IMG/VR virus record: IMGVR_UViG_3300040856_002888
Location: 53,598 to 117,597 of that record
DNA length: 64,000 nucleotides
Strand: one strand, 5' to 3'
Source: a virus
Lineage: Duplodnaviria > Caudoviricetes
The position numbers were made by a program, and so were the translations under genes. Numbering within the stretch: position 1 is the stretch's first letter; every line of letters begins with the position of its first letter. This document shows positions 18,882-28,888 of this stretch, piece after piece. The notes below the pieces were generated by a model. The model did no database searches and was not told the DNA's origin. It worked only from the letters and a program-made list of their open reading frames with translations.

Positions 18882-19457
18882 ATGAGCTTAAAAGATCTTA
18901 CCTGGGAACATCATAAAAATGCAGAACGACAAGAATTTGTCAAAATTATGATGAGTGGTAATATACATCCTAAATTTTATGCAACATTCCTCTACAATTT
19001 ACATCCAAGATACGATCTTCTAGAAGCAATGGGCAGGGTTCATTCATTGTTTAACGACATACCGGATGTTCAACGTCATAAGCTCATCCTAAACGATTTT
19101 AATTATCTCTGGAAAGAATCTTCTCCTCCGCCAACGTTGCCTAGCACTACCGCTTACATAGAGCATATGAAGACTTGCATGAACGACCCTGACAAGATAA
19201 TGGCACATATTTACACTTTCCATATGGGGGATTTAAGCGGCGGACAAATGATTGCACGGAAAGTTCCTGGTTTAAAATCAATGTTTGATTTCAAAGGTGA
19301 TATAGATGCAATAAAAAATAAAATTAGAGAAAAACTAAATGACGATATGGCAGAAGAGGCACGCTACGCATTTGATTCTGCAACCCAACTTTTTAAAGAA
19401 ATGATGGAACTAGACTGTGAGCATTATCTGGAACAAACTGATAACATGTCAGAATGA
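18882..19457 (+). CDS. Heme oxygenase (HemO/Ho1-like)
   Basis: LKDLTWEHHKNAE proximal His helix; AHIY..HMGDLSGGQ. Confidence 0.9.
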   Translation: MSLKDLTWEHHKNAERQEFVKIMMSGNIHPKFYATFLYNLHPRYDLLEAMGRVHSLFNDIPDVQRHKLILNDFNYLWKESSPPPTLPSTTAYIEHMKTCMNDPDKIMAHIYTFHMGDLSGGQMIARKVPGLKSMFDFKGDIDAIKNKIREKLNDDMAEEARYAFDSATQLFKEMMELDCEHYLEQTDNMSE

Positions 19458-20109
19458 CATTATAAAGATTTTTGAAGACACCTGCAGTGAATATGAAGAA
19501 CCCGGACTTGATGCTTTTAATCAGCCTGATAGTGGTTGGGTTAATCGTGTTTTTGCTAATAAATCTGTACGTAGAGCACATATTGATGTAGTTGATGCAC
19601 GTGATACACGTGGGTTATGGATGATGCATGTTTGTGTATTTCCTATCCTTACAAATCCCAGTCCTATTTACGGGTTTGATGTTATCGCAGGAAAGAACAA
19701 AATGACTGGTGCATTCCACGATTTTTCTCCAAGTGCTTATCGCATACATCCTATGCTGAATTTATATTTTGACAGTGTAAGAGATTTTGTACCTAACAAG
19801 CAGAGAGAGTTGCCAGATTGGGCTAAACGTATTTTTACTGACAAGATGCTAGCAGCAGGCAATGTCAACACAGATGAAGAAGCGCAACAGATTATTGACA
19901 TTGCAGTTGTTAACCTCCGCATGTATATGGAAGAAGTAGGAAAATACGACGATTACTTAGACGGTGACGGTGTTAAAGTTGCACAAAATCACTATTGTAA
20001 TCATCAAAAACAAAATCCACACACACCTAAAGTAATGAAGAGTTTAGGATTAGACGAAGCAATGGTTGATACATTCTGTAAGGATATGTTATTCCCTAAT
20101 ATAGAATAA
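19417..20109 (+). CDS. pcyX: Ferredoxin-dependent bilin reductase, PcyX/PcyA-like
   Basis: RRAHIDVVD, WMMHVCVFP, PIYGFDVIAG, FHDFSP, QKQNPHT; directly after heme oxygenase. Confidence 0.82.
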   Translation: MSIIWNKLITCQNDIIKIFEDTCSEYEEPGLDAFNQPDSGWVNRVFANKSVRRAHIDVVDARDTRGLWMMHVCVFPILTNPSPIYGFDVIAGKNKMTGAFHDFSPSAYRIHPMLNLYFDSVRDFVPNKQRELPDWAKRIFTDKMLAAGNVNTDEEAQQIIDIAVVNLRMYMEEVGKYDDYLDGDGVKVAQNHYCNHQKQNPHTPKVMKSLGLDEAMVDTFCKDMLFPNIE

Positions 20110-20129
20110 ATATCTAAAAGGAATTTAAA

Positions 20130-21797
20130 ATGCGATTTAGAGAATTTAAAGTTGAGTTAGTTGAAGCAGAAGAAGTTGAAATTGATGGCGAGGTGCATAC
20201 ATTACCATCGACCAGAATGGCTCCGAAAGAATGGGATAAAAAAATCTCTAAAACAACTCCAGATCCTAGGAAATATGTATATAAAGTTGCCGATGGTATT
20301 GCAAAAGAAAAAACCTTTTTATGGAAAACAGGATCAGGAAAAAATGCTACAGTAATAGCAGGCAAAGTTGATAAGATTACTACAAATTGGGGAGACGGAG
20401 GAGAATTATCTGCAGAAGAATGGGCAAAGTGGGCTTCGGATACTGTTAACGTAAGCGCACAAGACATAGAAAATTCAACATTTTTTTGGGTTGACGGAGA
20501 AGAAATGGCTCCATCTCAAATGTACAAAACAGATGCAGCAACAGGGTCTCTCACTCCAAATTTAGGCGATATTGCAGAGGCTGTTTTAGGTGCAGCTATT
20601 ACAGCAAAATTTGAGCAGGGCGGTGCGAATATTGATGCTGCTATGGTTGTCGACATACTAAAAGAAGTTTGTAAGGCCAAAGATAAAAAAGCAAGAAGGA
20701 TTGCAAATTATGGTGATAAAGCTGTTGCAAACGACGATGTAACATTTTATCTTACATTAAATGCAACCAGCACTAAAGGCTTAAAAGTCTGGATGAGAGA
20801 AAAAGATCCATTGGCTAATCCTGCTGATTTCTTGCTTGTAAAAGAGTTTGACTGTCCAGTGAAAACAGTAAAAGGTATGCAAGAGCATGTTGCTAATGCA
20901 GTAAAATATGCAAATACCAGTCGTCGGGCGCAGGTAGCTGTTGATAAAGCAATGTTAGATCCAAAACAGAATTTAGTAGAAGTTGTATCAGATGGCGCTA
21001 ACCCAGAAAATCAAACAACAACTAAAGTTGATTTAAAAATCTTATATGACGGAACCATAACAAGATTATTGAGTTTAAAAGCAGGTGGTGTTAAACAATT
21101 TGGTCAAGTAAGCGGAGGAGTTTTTGAAAACCTTTGCCAATTCTTTTATGAAACTGTAGGAATTCAAGTGAGTGAGCATCTTAAACAAGAATTCCAGTTT
21201 AGAACTCCTGTAGGTGAGAGAGATAAAACTGCAGCTCAATATAATTTTAGCGAAGGACCATTTAATAAATTATATGACTTTGTTGCACAAGAATTAAAAA
21301 ATAATGTCTTAACAAACGACGATACAAAGAAAGAATTTCAACTTGTAGAAAAAATCTATAATAACATTGTACTTCATGCGACACGACTAGAACAAGGTGT
21401 AACTATGGTAATCCTTGGTTTAAATAAATCTACTCCTTACAAGGAATTAGCTTTTGACACAAGATTATACGAAGCCTTAACATTGTATGATTTACAAATG
21501 AAATACACAAAAGGAACAATGTCCATTGAAATTTATGGAGTCCTTTTAAAAGATAGGGCGGCAAAAAAACTTGGATCAAATGTAGATGATTTAGATAGCA
21601 AAGCTAGATTAATAACCTTTACTACAAGAATGATGGGCGGAAATGTACGGAATTTAGTAGAAATGGGTGATCTGCTTAAAAATCTTGCTGATATTGAAAA
21701 ACTAGACGCTGCTGAGGCACAGAGACAGCAAAAACAAGTACAGCAACAGCAAGCGCCAAACATGCAAAAACCTGCACAAGAACCTTTAAACGCTTGA
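20130..21797 (+). CDS. Large hypothetical protein, possibly virion-packaged, with a weak PD-(D/E)XK-like motif
   Basis: Late motif; MRFREFK leader; GDIAE..., KVDL...LSLK. Confidence 0.55.
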   Translation: MRFREFKVELVEAEEVEIDGEVHTLPSTRMAPKEWDKKISKTTPDPRKYVYKVADGIAKEKTFLWKTGSGKNATVIAGKVDKITTNWGDGGELSAEEWAKWASDTVNVSAQDIENSTFFWVDGEEMAPSQMYKTDAATGSLTPNLGDIAEAVLGAAITAKFEQGGANIDAAMVVDILKEVCKAKDKKARRIANYGDKAVANDDVTFYLTLNATSTKGLKVWMREKDPLANPADFLLVKEFDCPVKTVKGMQEHVANAVKYANTSRRAQVAVDKAMLDPKQNLVEVVSDGANPENQTTTKVDLKILYDGTITRLLSLKAGGVKQFGQVSGGVFENLCQFFYETVGIQVSEHLKQEFQFRTPVGERDKTAAQYNFSEGPFNKLYDFVAQELKNNVLTNDDTKKEFQLVEKIYNNIVLHATRLEQGVTMVILGLNKSTPYKELAFDTRLYEALTLYDLQMKYTKGTMSIEIYGVLLKDRAAKKLGSNVDDLDSKARLITFTTRMMGGNVRNLVEMGDLLKNLADIEKLDAAEAQRQQKQVQQQQAPNMQKPAQEPLNA

Positions 21798-21822
21798 CAA
21801 TTTAATTTTAAACTGTTATTAT
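21794..21822 (+). promoter_or_regulatory. sigma70-type promoter
   Basis: TTGACA-17 nt-TATTAT with TG. Confidence 0.65.
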
Positions 21823-21845
21823 TAACTTTTAACCTAAAGAGGAAT

Positions 21846-22091
21846 ATGCAATTAGATATTACTGGTTCAGTTGTATTTCGGCATGAGTCCTTTCCGGCTT
21901 GTGAAAAATGTGAAGAAGGAGCAGAATTAATGCGTGAACGAGGCATTAAATTTGCAACCGTCACATGCGACAAGTCTATGTTTGGATCTCTGATGAAAGT
22001 AACTAAATCTCAAGACGTTCCCCAATTTTTTGTAAAAGGCGAGTTTATTGGAGGATTGTCAGATCTAAAAACTCATCTTGAAACACTTTAA
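21846..22091 (+). CDS. Glutaredoxin-like protein
   Basis: CEKC, VPQFF..GEFIGG. Confidence 0.8.
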   Translation: MQLDITGSVVFRHESFPACEKCEEGAELMRERGIKFATVTCDKSMFGSLMKVTKSQDVPQFFVKGEFIGGLSDLKTHLETL

Positions 22092-22112
22092 CACACACAT
22101 AAGGAGAAACTA

Positions 22113-22604
22113 ATGATTGTACCTAACAAAACTTTTAAATTCCGTGTTGGACCCGATTGGGATGATAAATCTACTGATGATCTTTTTAAAGGTAAGCGGG
22201 TAGTAGTTGTATCATTGCCAGGTGCTTTTACACCAACCTGCAGTAGCAAACAACTGCCTAAGTACGAAGAAATGTATGATCAATTTCAAGCAGCAGGAAT
22301 TGATGCTGTATATTGTGTATCGGTGAATGATGCTTTTGTAATGAATGCATGGGCGAAAGATCTAGGCGTTGAAAAAGTAGAAATGGTACCAGACGGAGAT
22401 GGAGTATTTACACGTGGTATGAACATGCTGGTAGATAAACCTGCACAAGGCTTTGGTTTGCGAAGCTGGCGATATGCTATGGTTGTAAACAACAAGAAAG
22501 TAGAAAAGATGTTTGTCGAGGAAGGTTTGAACAATCTCGGACTTGACAGCGATCCCTACACTGAGTCTACTCCAGAAGCAGTGCTTGAATATCTTAAAAA
22601 ATAA
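22113..22604 (+). CDS. Peroxiredoxin (Prx5-like)
   Basis: LPGAFTPTCS, SVNDAFVM.AW, RSWRYAM. Confidence 0.95.
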   Translation: MIVPNKTFKFRVGPDWDDKSTDDLFKGKRVVVVSLPGAFTPTCSSKQLPKYEEMYDQFQAAGIDAVYCVSVNDAFVMNAWAKDLGVEKVEMVPDGDGVFTRGMNMLVDKPAQGFGLRSWRYAMVVNNKKVEKMFVEEGLNNLGLDSDPYTESTPEAVLEYLKK

Positions 22605-22610
22605 TTAAAA

Positions 22611-23156
22611 ATGTTCTCTTCCGAATACTACGATTGGAATACATTAATAGATAACGACGCACGGAATCGGATGACGTGCAATATCCGAGAAGCTATTAAT
22701 ACAGGTCACTTTTGGACTAACAGTCCAAAATACCAAACTAATTATAATGTATTTGGAACTTCGCAGCAAGACTTTATAAACTTAAAAATGAGTTTTATTT
22801 GGTCTTGCTTTGCATTCCTTAATAAAGAAGTTAAAATACATAATATCCAGTCATGGGCATACATGACTAGTTTAAACTATCCTGAAGACAGAGACACCCT
22901 TTGGCATCATCACAATCATAATCCTGCAACTAAGACTGTGAGTGGTATATACTACTTAGAGCTGCCGGATGATGTATATAATTTAAAAGAAGCTGGTACA
23001 GAAATGGCACCAGATGGTGTTGACAGCAATAATAAATTCTTTCTTGATTGGCGAACTGGACACTGGCTAATTTATCCAGGAACTACATATCACCGGCCAG
23101 GAATCCTACAATCAAATAATGATAGATTTATCATTGCAGCCGACCTAGAATTTTAG
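22611..23156 (+). CDS. Putative 2OG-Fe(II) oxygenase
   Basis: WHHH, SGIYYL, IYPG..YHRP, RFIIAAD. Confidence 0.7.
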   Translation: MFSSEYYDWNTLIDNDARNRMTCNIREAINTGHFWTNSPKYQTNYNVFGTSQQDFINLKMSFIWSCFAFLNKEVKIHNIQSWAYMTSLNYPEDRDTLWHHHNHNPATKTVSGIYYLELPDDVYNLKEAGTEMAPDGVDSNNKFFLDWRTGHWLIYPGTTYHRPGILQSNNDRFIIAADLEF

Positions 23157-23164
23157 GAAATATT

Positions 23165-23803
23165 ATGGCTACCTCTGAAGAAAAACAAGAATTTATTAAT
23201 GATATTAAATTTCCGTTCAAATTTTATAGGATTAAAGTATATGGACGTGGAGGGCATGATTTTTTATATAAGCTAGATAAGTATGGATTTGATTATTGGT
23301 CTAGGGAAGTACAAAAAAATCCTAGTGCAATTATAGATTATATAAATGATGCTCGCCATAGTACTGTTAAAAACAATTTACCTCCTTACGCTGATTTCCT
23401 TAACGATAATGATAGCTTAATAGACATGGAATGGGGCGCAAGTTTTTCAAGCTGTGATGTGAGCGTAACGCAAACTGACGGAGAAGATATAGGATCTAAT
23501 AATGTTAAAACTATAATCCAAGGTACTCCTTTATTATCGCTTAGCCGTCCTACTATTCAATTAGACAGAACACAACTTCCTAAATATGTTTTAGCGTACA
23601 GCAGTCACGAAGTAGGTGATTTTATAGAATTAATTCTAAAAATTGGTCATCCATTTGATATTAAACATCTAAAATTTGGTATCTTAGAAAGGGCAAAAGG
23701 AGATATAGTTCTCCAGGATTTAATATACCAAAATATAAAATTAGAAACCAACTTTGGACCTACTAAAGAAACAAACGAAACTACTAATATTTGGAAAACA
23801 TGA
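23165..23803 (+). CDS. Hypothetical phage protein
   Basis: ORF with SD; similar pattern to 36910-37707. Confidence 0.55.
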   Translation: MATSEEKQEFINDIKFPFKFYRIKVYGRGGHDFLYKLDKYGFDYWSREVQKNPSAIIDYINDARHSTVKNNLPPYADFLNDNDSLIDMEWGASFSSCDVSVTQTDGEDIGSNNVKTIIQGTPLLSLSRPTIQLDRTQLPKYVLAYSSHEVGDFIELILKIGHPFDIKHLKFGILERAKGDIVLQDLIYQNIKLETNFGPTKETNETTNIWKT

Positions 23804-24000
23804 GTAAATCATATACATTTAATGTAGAAGATATTTTAATCAATGACCCGGATAATCCTAACCAGAGTATACTGCAGATTCCTGATAATATAATGAAAGA
23901 GCAAGGATGGGGTCCTGGTACAGAAGTCAAAATTCTATTAGGTGATCAGGGTACTATAATAATCCAAGAAGTCAAGAAAACTATTGACAAATCTGAATAG
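23800..24000 (+). CDS. AbrB/MazE-like small DNA-binding protein
   Basis: LQIPDNIMKEQGW.PGTEV pattern. Confidence 0.6.
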   Translation: MSKSYTFNVEDILINDPDNPNQSILQIPDNIMKEQGWGPGTEVKILLGDQGTIIIQEVKKTIDKSE

Positions 24001-24011
24001 TATGCTATAAT
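23984..24011 (+). promoter_or_regulatory. sigma70-type promoter
   Basis: TTGACA-16 nt-TATAAT with TG extended -10. Confidence 0.75.
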
Positions 24012-24041
24012 ACTCTTATACGTTAACAACAGCGAGGGCTT

Positions 24042-24506
24042 ATGCACATTGAAATTACAGGCGGCAGTACAACACAGAAGTTTTATGTTGAAAGCATGAT
24101 GCGCTTCTGTCACGAGAAACTGTTTCCTCGGATGCGTACATTGTATCTTAATGTACACATTAAGAATTTTGGTGATGATGATAGCTGTGGTTATTGCGTA
24201 CCTACCGAACCAGGCTCCCGTCCACGAGAATTTGATATAGAGTTAAATCGCAGTTTACGTCTGCGTACACTGCTTGAAACTGTAGGCCACGAAATGGTAC
24301 ACGTCAAGCAGTATGCACGTGGCGAATTGCGTGAAAACGCTGGTGTGGGCAAGCACCTATGGAAAGGTGCTTGGGTAAGCAGTAATATTGACTATTACGA
24401 TTTGCCGTGGGAAATTGAAGCTCATGGAAGAGAAACTGGTTTGTTTATCCGTTACATACAAAAGCATAATTTGTGCTATAAGAAATGGACTAAAACACAA
24501 CACTAA
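24042..24506 (+). CDS. Zinc metallopeptidase-like protein
   Basis: HEMVHVKQ (HExxH) and PWEIEA. Confidence 0.75.
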   Translation: MHIEITGGSTTQKFYVESMMRFCHEKLFPRMRTLYLNVHIKNFGDDDSCGYCVPTEPGSRPREFDIELNRSLRLRTLLETVGHEMVHVKQYARGELRENAGVGKHLWKGAWVSSNIDYYDLPWEIEAHGRETGLFIRYIQKHNLCYKKWTKTQH

Positions 24507-24514
24507 GAGGGCTT

Positions 24515-25219
24515 ATGTTTAACAAAGTTTCTTCTAAAAATACCAAAATGTTTAACACACTAGAAGTTCTTGCTGTAGCTTATGCAGCACATCGCATCAA
24601 CAAAGGTTACATTAAGTTTGGTAGTTATGATTATCACAAGAATATTGTAATTAACAAAGCTAATAAAGAAATTGTTAAAGACCATTTTTGGAATTATAAA
24701 GGCGACGAGGCTCTGATGCACAAGGTTACCGTCACTGATGAAGATCGTGAAAATGCTTCTAAAGCTCGAGCTCACTTTAATAAGTATACACTTGGATTAC
24801 TTGGCAATACATTAAATGAATTCCAGCAGGATTTATTTGCTGCTGTTACTGCAGAGGAAGTATCTAGTTCAGAGTTAGGTATCATTGCCTATGTACCAGA
24901 AATGGTAAAACGTGAACAAGCAGAATCTGCTCTTAAAAAGACTGTAAAACAAGAATTCCGTGAGAGCAAACATGTTGGTGCTCGTGGCGAAACTTTTGAA
25001 GGTATTTGTAGGATACTTTCTAAGCAGTGGTTTAGCTCTTTTGAACGTTGGGGTTATACTGTTGAATCTGAAGGTAATCTATTATCATTTTTTAACAAGT
25101 TTGAATTCCAAGAAGGAGAAACTCGTTTAGTAAAAGGTAAGATTAAAGATCTTGTAAATAACAAGAAGTTTAAAGTAGATGAAACACGATTAAATTATGT
25201 TAGACTATTTAATGTATAG
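24515..25219 (+). CDS. Hypothetical protein (possible C-terminal OB fold)
   Basis: HVGARGE...KGKIK...TRLNYV. Confidence 0.55.
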   Translation: MFNKVSSKNTKMFNTLEVLAVAYAAHRINKGYIKFGSYDYHKNIVINKANKEIVKDHFWNYKGDEALMHKVTVTDEDRENASKARAHFNKYTLGLLGNTLNEFQQDLFAAVTAEEVSSSELGIIAYVPEMVKREQAESALKKTVKQEFRESKHVGARGETFEGICRILSKQWFSSFERWGYTVESEGNLLSFFNKFEFQEGETRLVKGKIKDLVNNKKFKVDETRLNYVRLFNV

Positions 25220-25225
25220 GAGAAA

Positions 25226-25810
25226 ATGCCAAATTTAGTACCAGTCGTAATCGAAAAAGAAAGTAGAGGAGAGCGATCTTATGATATTTACAGCAGATTG
25301 CTAAAAGATCGTATTATAATGTTAGACACTGATGTAAACCAAACAAGTGCTAGTTTAATTGTTGCACAAATGCTTTTCCTTGAATCACAAAATCCAGATA
25401 AACCTATTAATTTTTACATTAATTCTCCAGGAGGCAGTGTTACTGCAGGAATGAGCATTTATGATACTATGAATTATATCAAGGCACCTGTGCATACTAT
25501 TGTAATGGGACAGGCTGCTAGCATGGGTTCTTTGCTTGCAAGTTCTGGCACAAAAGGACATAGATATATGCTTCCTTATAGTCGTCATATGATACATCAG
25601 CCATTAGGCGGCACACAAGGTCAAGCCAGTGACGTTGAAATACAATTTAAAGAATTACAATACTGGAAAGAAGCTCTTACAGAAATTTATCATAAAAATA
25701 CTGGCAAGACTGTTAAACAATTAGAAAAAGATATGGATCGAGATAATTTTATGAGCGCAGAAAAAGCAAGGGAATATGGACTCGCAGACAGTGTCATCTC
25801 ACATCGCTGA
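25226..25810 (+). CDS. clpP: ATP-dependent Clp protease proteolytic subunit
   Basis: [39 protein letters not shown]. Confidence 0.97.
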   Translation: MPNLVPVVIEKESRGERSYDIYSRLLKDRIIMLDTDVNQTSASLIVAQMLFLESQNPDKPINFYINSPGGSVTAGMSIYDTMNYIKAPVHTIVMGQAASMGSLLASSGTKGHRYMLPYSRHMIHQPLGGTQGQASDVEIQFKELQYWKEALTEIYHKNTGKTVKQLEKDMDRDNFMSAEKAREYGLADSVISHR

Positions 25811-26072
25811 GATTAAAGGTATACCCGCAAAGGATATCCTAGAGCAAAATCTCAAAAATGGTATTTTTATTGTAACATTTAAAAAGTTAAATGGTGACGA
25901 AAGGAAAATGACCTGTACTAAACAAACAGATCTAATTCCAAAAGACCGGTTACCAAAAACCGAAAGTAAATCTAATGATAAAACTGTAACAGTATGGGAT
26001 ACTAATGCCATGGATTGGCGTAGTTTTAGATATGATAGAATTATTTCCGTCGAAGAATTATCTACAATCTAA
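25776..26072 (+). CDS. SH3/WYL-like beta-barrel protein (DUF2693-like)
   Basis: [14 protein letters not shown]...VWD....WRSFR. Confidence 0.7.
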   Translation: MDSQTVSSHIAEIKGIPAKDILEQNLKNGIFIVTFKKLNGDERKMTCTKQTDLIPKDRLPKTESKSNDKTVTVWDTNAMDWRSFRYDRIISVEELSTI

Positions 26073-26085
26073 TAAATAATTTGTT

Positions 26086-26271
26086 ATGGATAAACACACT
26101 ACATTTTCTTCATTAGCAACATTAAGAAATATTTGTGCAGATATAGAGCAACAGATAAAAGAAAAGCATACAAAAATGACAGAATTAAGGTATGACTTTT
26201 TAACCTTACAACGACAGTATAAAGATTTACAATCCGTTATTGCAAGTTTAGAAGAGAATGACTCTAAATGA
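26086..26271 (+). CDS. Small coiled-coil hypothetical protein
   Basis: Late motif upstream; heptad pattern. Confidence 0.5.
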   Translation: MDKHTTFSSLATLRNICADIEQQIKEKHTKMTELRYDFLTLQRQYKDLQSVIASLEENDSK

Positions 26272-26929
26272 AACTGAATTAGTCGAACTGAAAAGGATTG
26301 GGTATTTTACATATCCTTTAACAGAAGAACTTAAAAATATTACAAATTTTATTTTTGAAAGTATCGACTCAATTTACTCTAATATTAATGAACAGGAAAT
26401 TAATGATAATGAGATTGATCCTCCGATAAGTGAATTAATACCTTGTCAATTTCCATTATATGATCTTTACAAAGATAAAGTAATAGAAAAATATTATGTA
26501 AAAGATACAAGTATAAGATGTCAAGAAGTTTCGGCACAACCTTATAAATCTATACAATATGATCAATACATAGAAGCTTATAATTCTTTAATGAATATGT
26601 ATTTTCAAAAAATAAATGAAAAGGTTTTTCAGCAGGAATTTTATACAATTTATTATATAATTAAATATCATCCTTGGCCAAAAGAATTTCATGATCTAGA
26701 ATTTCCTAGGATGGGATTTCATTATGATACTAGTATCCTATCAAATGTAATAAGTAACAGTGAGGGATTGGTACTAGAAAATAATACTATCTCTGCAACT
26801 AGCTTAGGAATTATGCTAGCAGGAGCAGATCAAAGTTTATTTCCACAGTGTTTTCATGGTGTTGGAAAGAGAAAAATAAATAAAAAAAGATATTCAATTG
26901 TAAGTTTTATGATAAAAGGTACATGTTAA
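26258..26929 (+). CDS. Putative 2OG-Fe(II) oxygenase
   Basis: HYD...H...RYS triad pattern; very AT-rich. Confidence 0.6.
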   Translation: MTLNETELVELKRIGYFTYPLTEELKNITNFIFESIDSIYSNINEQEINDNEIDPPISELIPCQFPLYDLYKDKVIEKYYVKDTSIRCQEVSAQPYKSIQYDQYIEAYNSLMNMYFQKINEKVFQQEFYTIYYIIKYHPWPKEFHDLEFPRMGFHYDTSILSNVISNSEGLVLENNTISATSLGIMLAGADQSLFPQCFHGVGKRKINKKRYSIVSFMIKGTC

Positions 26930-27014
26930 GGAAAATATTAAGCAATTTATTTTTTTATGGAAGCATCTTTGCTTCTTTATTTTTCCTAATTTTTATAATC
27001 ATATATTGGCATCC

Positions 27015-27090
<76 letters not shown>

Positions 27091-27103
27091 CTTAAAAAGG
27101 TTT

Positions 27104-27910
27104 ATGAAACATTTAGTTAGTATCACAGACGCAAATATACCCTATTTACTTTCCTCAGCACATTGTATAGAAAATACATTTATAAATTACAAATTCAATA
27201 AAATTTTAACCAATTTATTTTACGAACCCAGCACAAGGACAAGCTCTAGTTTTGCAAGTGCTATGTATAAACTTGGTGGTAAAGTTATTAGCATTAACGA
27301 TGTAAATTATAGTTCTGTAGCTAAAGGTGAAAATCTTGAAGACACTATTAGGACTATGGGTACATTCTGCGATGCTATTGTATTAAGGAGCAGGACTGCC
27401 GGGGAAGCAGCAAGGGCGGCTTTTGTATCCGAAGTGCCCGTAATTAATGCTGGAGACGGTAACGGAGAACATCCTACACAAACACTAGCAGATCTATACA
27501 CTATACATAAAGAATTTGAGAGATTAGACAATTTAACTGTAACTTTTGTTGGCGATATTGAAAACGGAAGGACTGTACATAGTTTAGATAAAGCATTACC
27601 TGATTGCGAGAAACATTTCATTGATACATTTGATAAAAGCATATGGCCAGCAAGTGATGTATATTATTTGACACGGGTGCAGAAAGAACGTGGAAGTGAA
27701 GGTAGCTATCGTATGCGGAAAGAGCACATAAAACATATTCCAGATCATGCAATTGTAATGCACCCTTTTCCACGTAATGAAGAAATTCCTACTTGGTTTG
27801 ATAACGATCCTAGAGCTAGGTATTTCCAACAAATGCGTAATGGATTGATAATGCGTATTGCCGTGTTGGCTGACATTTTTACTGAACAAGATAAATACCT
27901 CGATACTTAG
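27104..27910 (+). CDS. pyrB: Aspartate carbamoyltransferase catalytic subunit (compact)
   Basis: FYEPSTRT, KGE.LEDT, NAGDG.GEHPTQ, RVQKER, MHPFPR. Confidence 0.93.
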   Translation: MKHLVSITDANIPYLLSSAHCIENTFINYKFNKILTNLFYEPSTRTSSSFASAMYKLGGKVISINDVNYSSVAKGENLEDTIRTMGTFCDAIVLRSRTAGEAARAAFVSEVPVINAGDGNGEHPTQTLADLYTIHKEFERLDNLTVTFVGDIENGRTVHSLDKALPDCEKHFIDTFDKSIWPASDVYYLTRVQKERGSEGSYRMRKEHIKHIPDHAIVMHPFPRNEEIPTWFDNDPRARYFQQMRNGLIMRIAVLADIFTEQDKYLDT

Positions 27911-27972
27911 AGTATCGAAAATTTTTTTGACCAATTTTTTTTGAACAAAATTTAAGTAAGGAAAAAGAAAAA

Positions 27973-28815
27973 ATGACACAACTTATAGACCCAGATAATT
28001 TTACCTATACCACACAAAAATTGCGGAATTTTTTTTTAGAAAAAGGATTCGCTGAAGTACACACCCAAAATAGACTATCTATCCTAGCAGCATGTGAAGA
28101 CCCGTTTAATGTTGCTACCTATAATTACGCAGGCGAAACATGGCCTCTGCCACAAACAGGACAGATGTGGTTAGAACATGAATTGCTTACAAAACCAGAT
28201 GCTAAAGGATTTTTTTGTGTAAGTACAAGTTACAGACAAGAACCTAACGCTATTCCTGGTAGACATGACATTATCTTTCCTATGTTTGAATTCGAATTTC
28301 CAGGTGATATAAACGATCTAAAAAAGATGGAATATGAGCTATGCGATTATTTAGGATTTAAACAACCTACAGAAAAAACATACGCAGAATGGCAACAACA
28401 TTATGGGCTAAAAGATGACGCCGAATTAACAGCGGAACATGAAGAAAAAATGGCTGTTCAATTTGGCACAACAATGATTACAGACTTTCCAGAATTTACA
28501 AGTCCATTTTGGAATATGAGCAGATATGATGATGGTGTACATAGCAAGAAAATAGATGTTATCCTTGGTGGAATGGAAACAATTGGTAGTGCAGAACGCA
28601 GCACAGATGTCGAAATGATGCGGGATACTTTCCATACCATAACAAATGGTGAGTATAGTGAATTACTGTACAAGTTATTTGGTAAAGACAGGGTCGAAGC
28701 AGAACTAGAAAAGTTTCTGTCATTTGAATTTTTTCCTAGAGTAGGCGGAGGCATTGGACTCACTAGAATGATTTCTGCATTGGAAAGAAATCAAACTTTT
28801 GCACAAGCTGCCTAA
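27973..28815 (+). CDS. Stand-alone class II aaRS catalytic-domain paralog (AsnRS-like/asparagine synthetase-like)
   Basis: LPQTGQ, SYRQE..RH (motif 2), ETIGSAER, GGGIGLTR (motif 3); no anticodon-binding domain. Confidence 0.75.
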   Translation: MTQLIDPDNFTYTTQKLRNFFLEKGFAEVHTQNRLSILAACEDPFNVATYNYAGETWPLPQTGQMWLEHELLTKPDAKGFFCVSTSYRQEPNAIPGRHDIIFPMFEFEFPGDINDLKKMEYELCDYLGFKQPTEKTYAEWQQHYGLKDDAELTAEHEEKMAVQFGTTMITDFPEFTSPFWNMSRYDDGVHSKKIDVILGGMETIGSAERSTDVEMMRDTFHTITNGEYSELLYKLFGKDRVEAELEKFLSFEFFPRVGGGIGLTRMISALERNQTFAQAA

Positions 28816-28824
28816 AACATATTG

Positions 28825-28847
28825 GCCAGGTACGGCCTGGCTTTTTT
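28825..28847 (+). terminator. Rho-independent terminator
   Basis: GCCAGG-TACGG-CCTGGC followed by T6. Confidence 0.8.
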
Positions 28848-28888
28848 ACATCACTTCATAAGTATAATTTTACACACATAGAGGCAAT

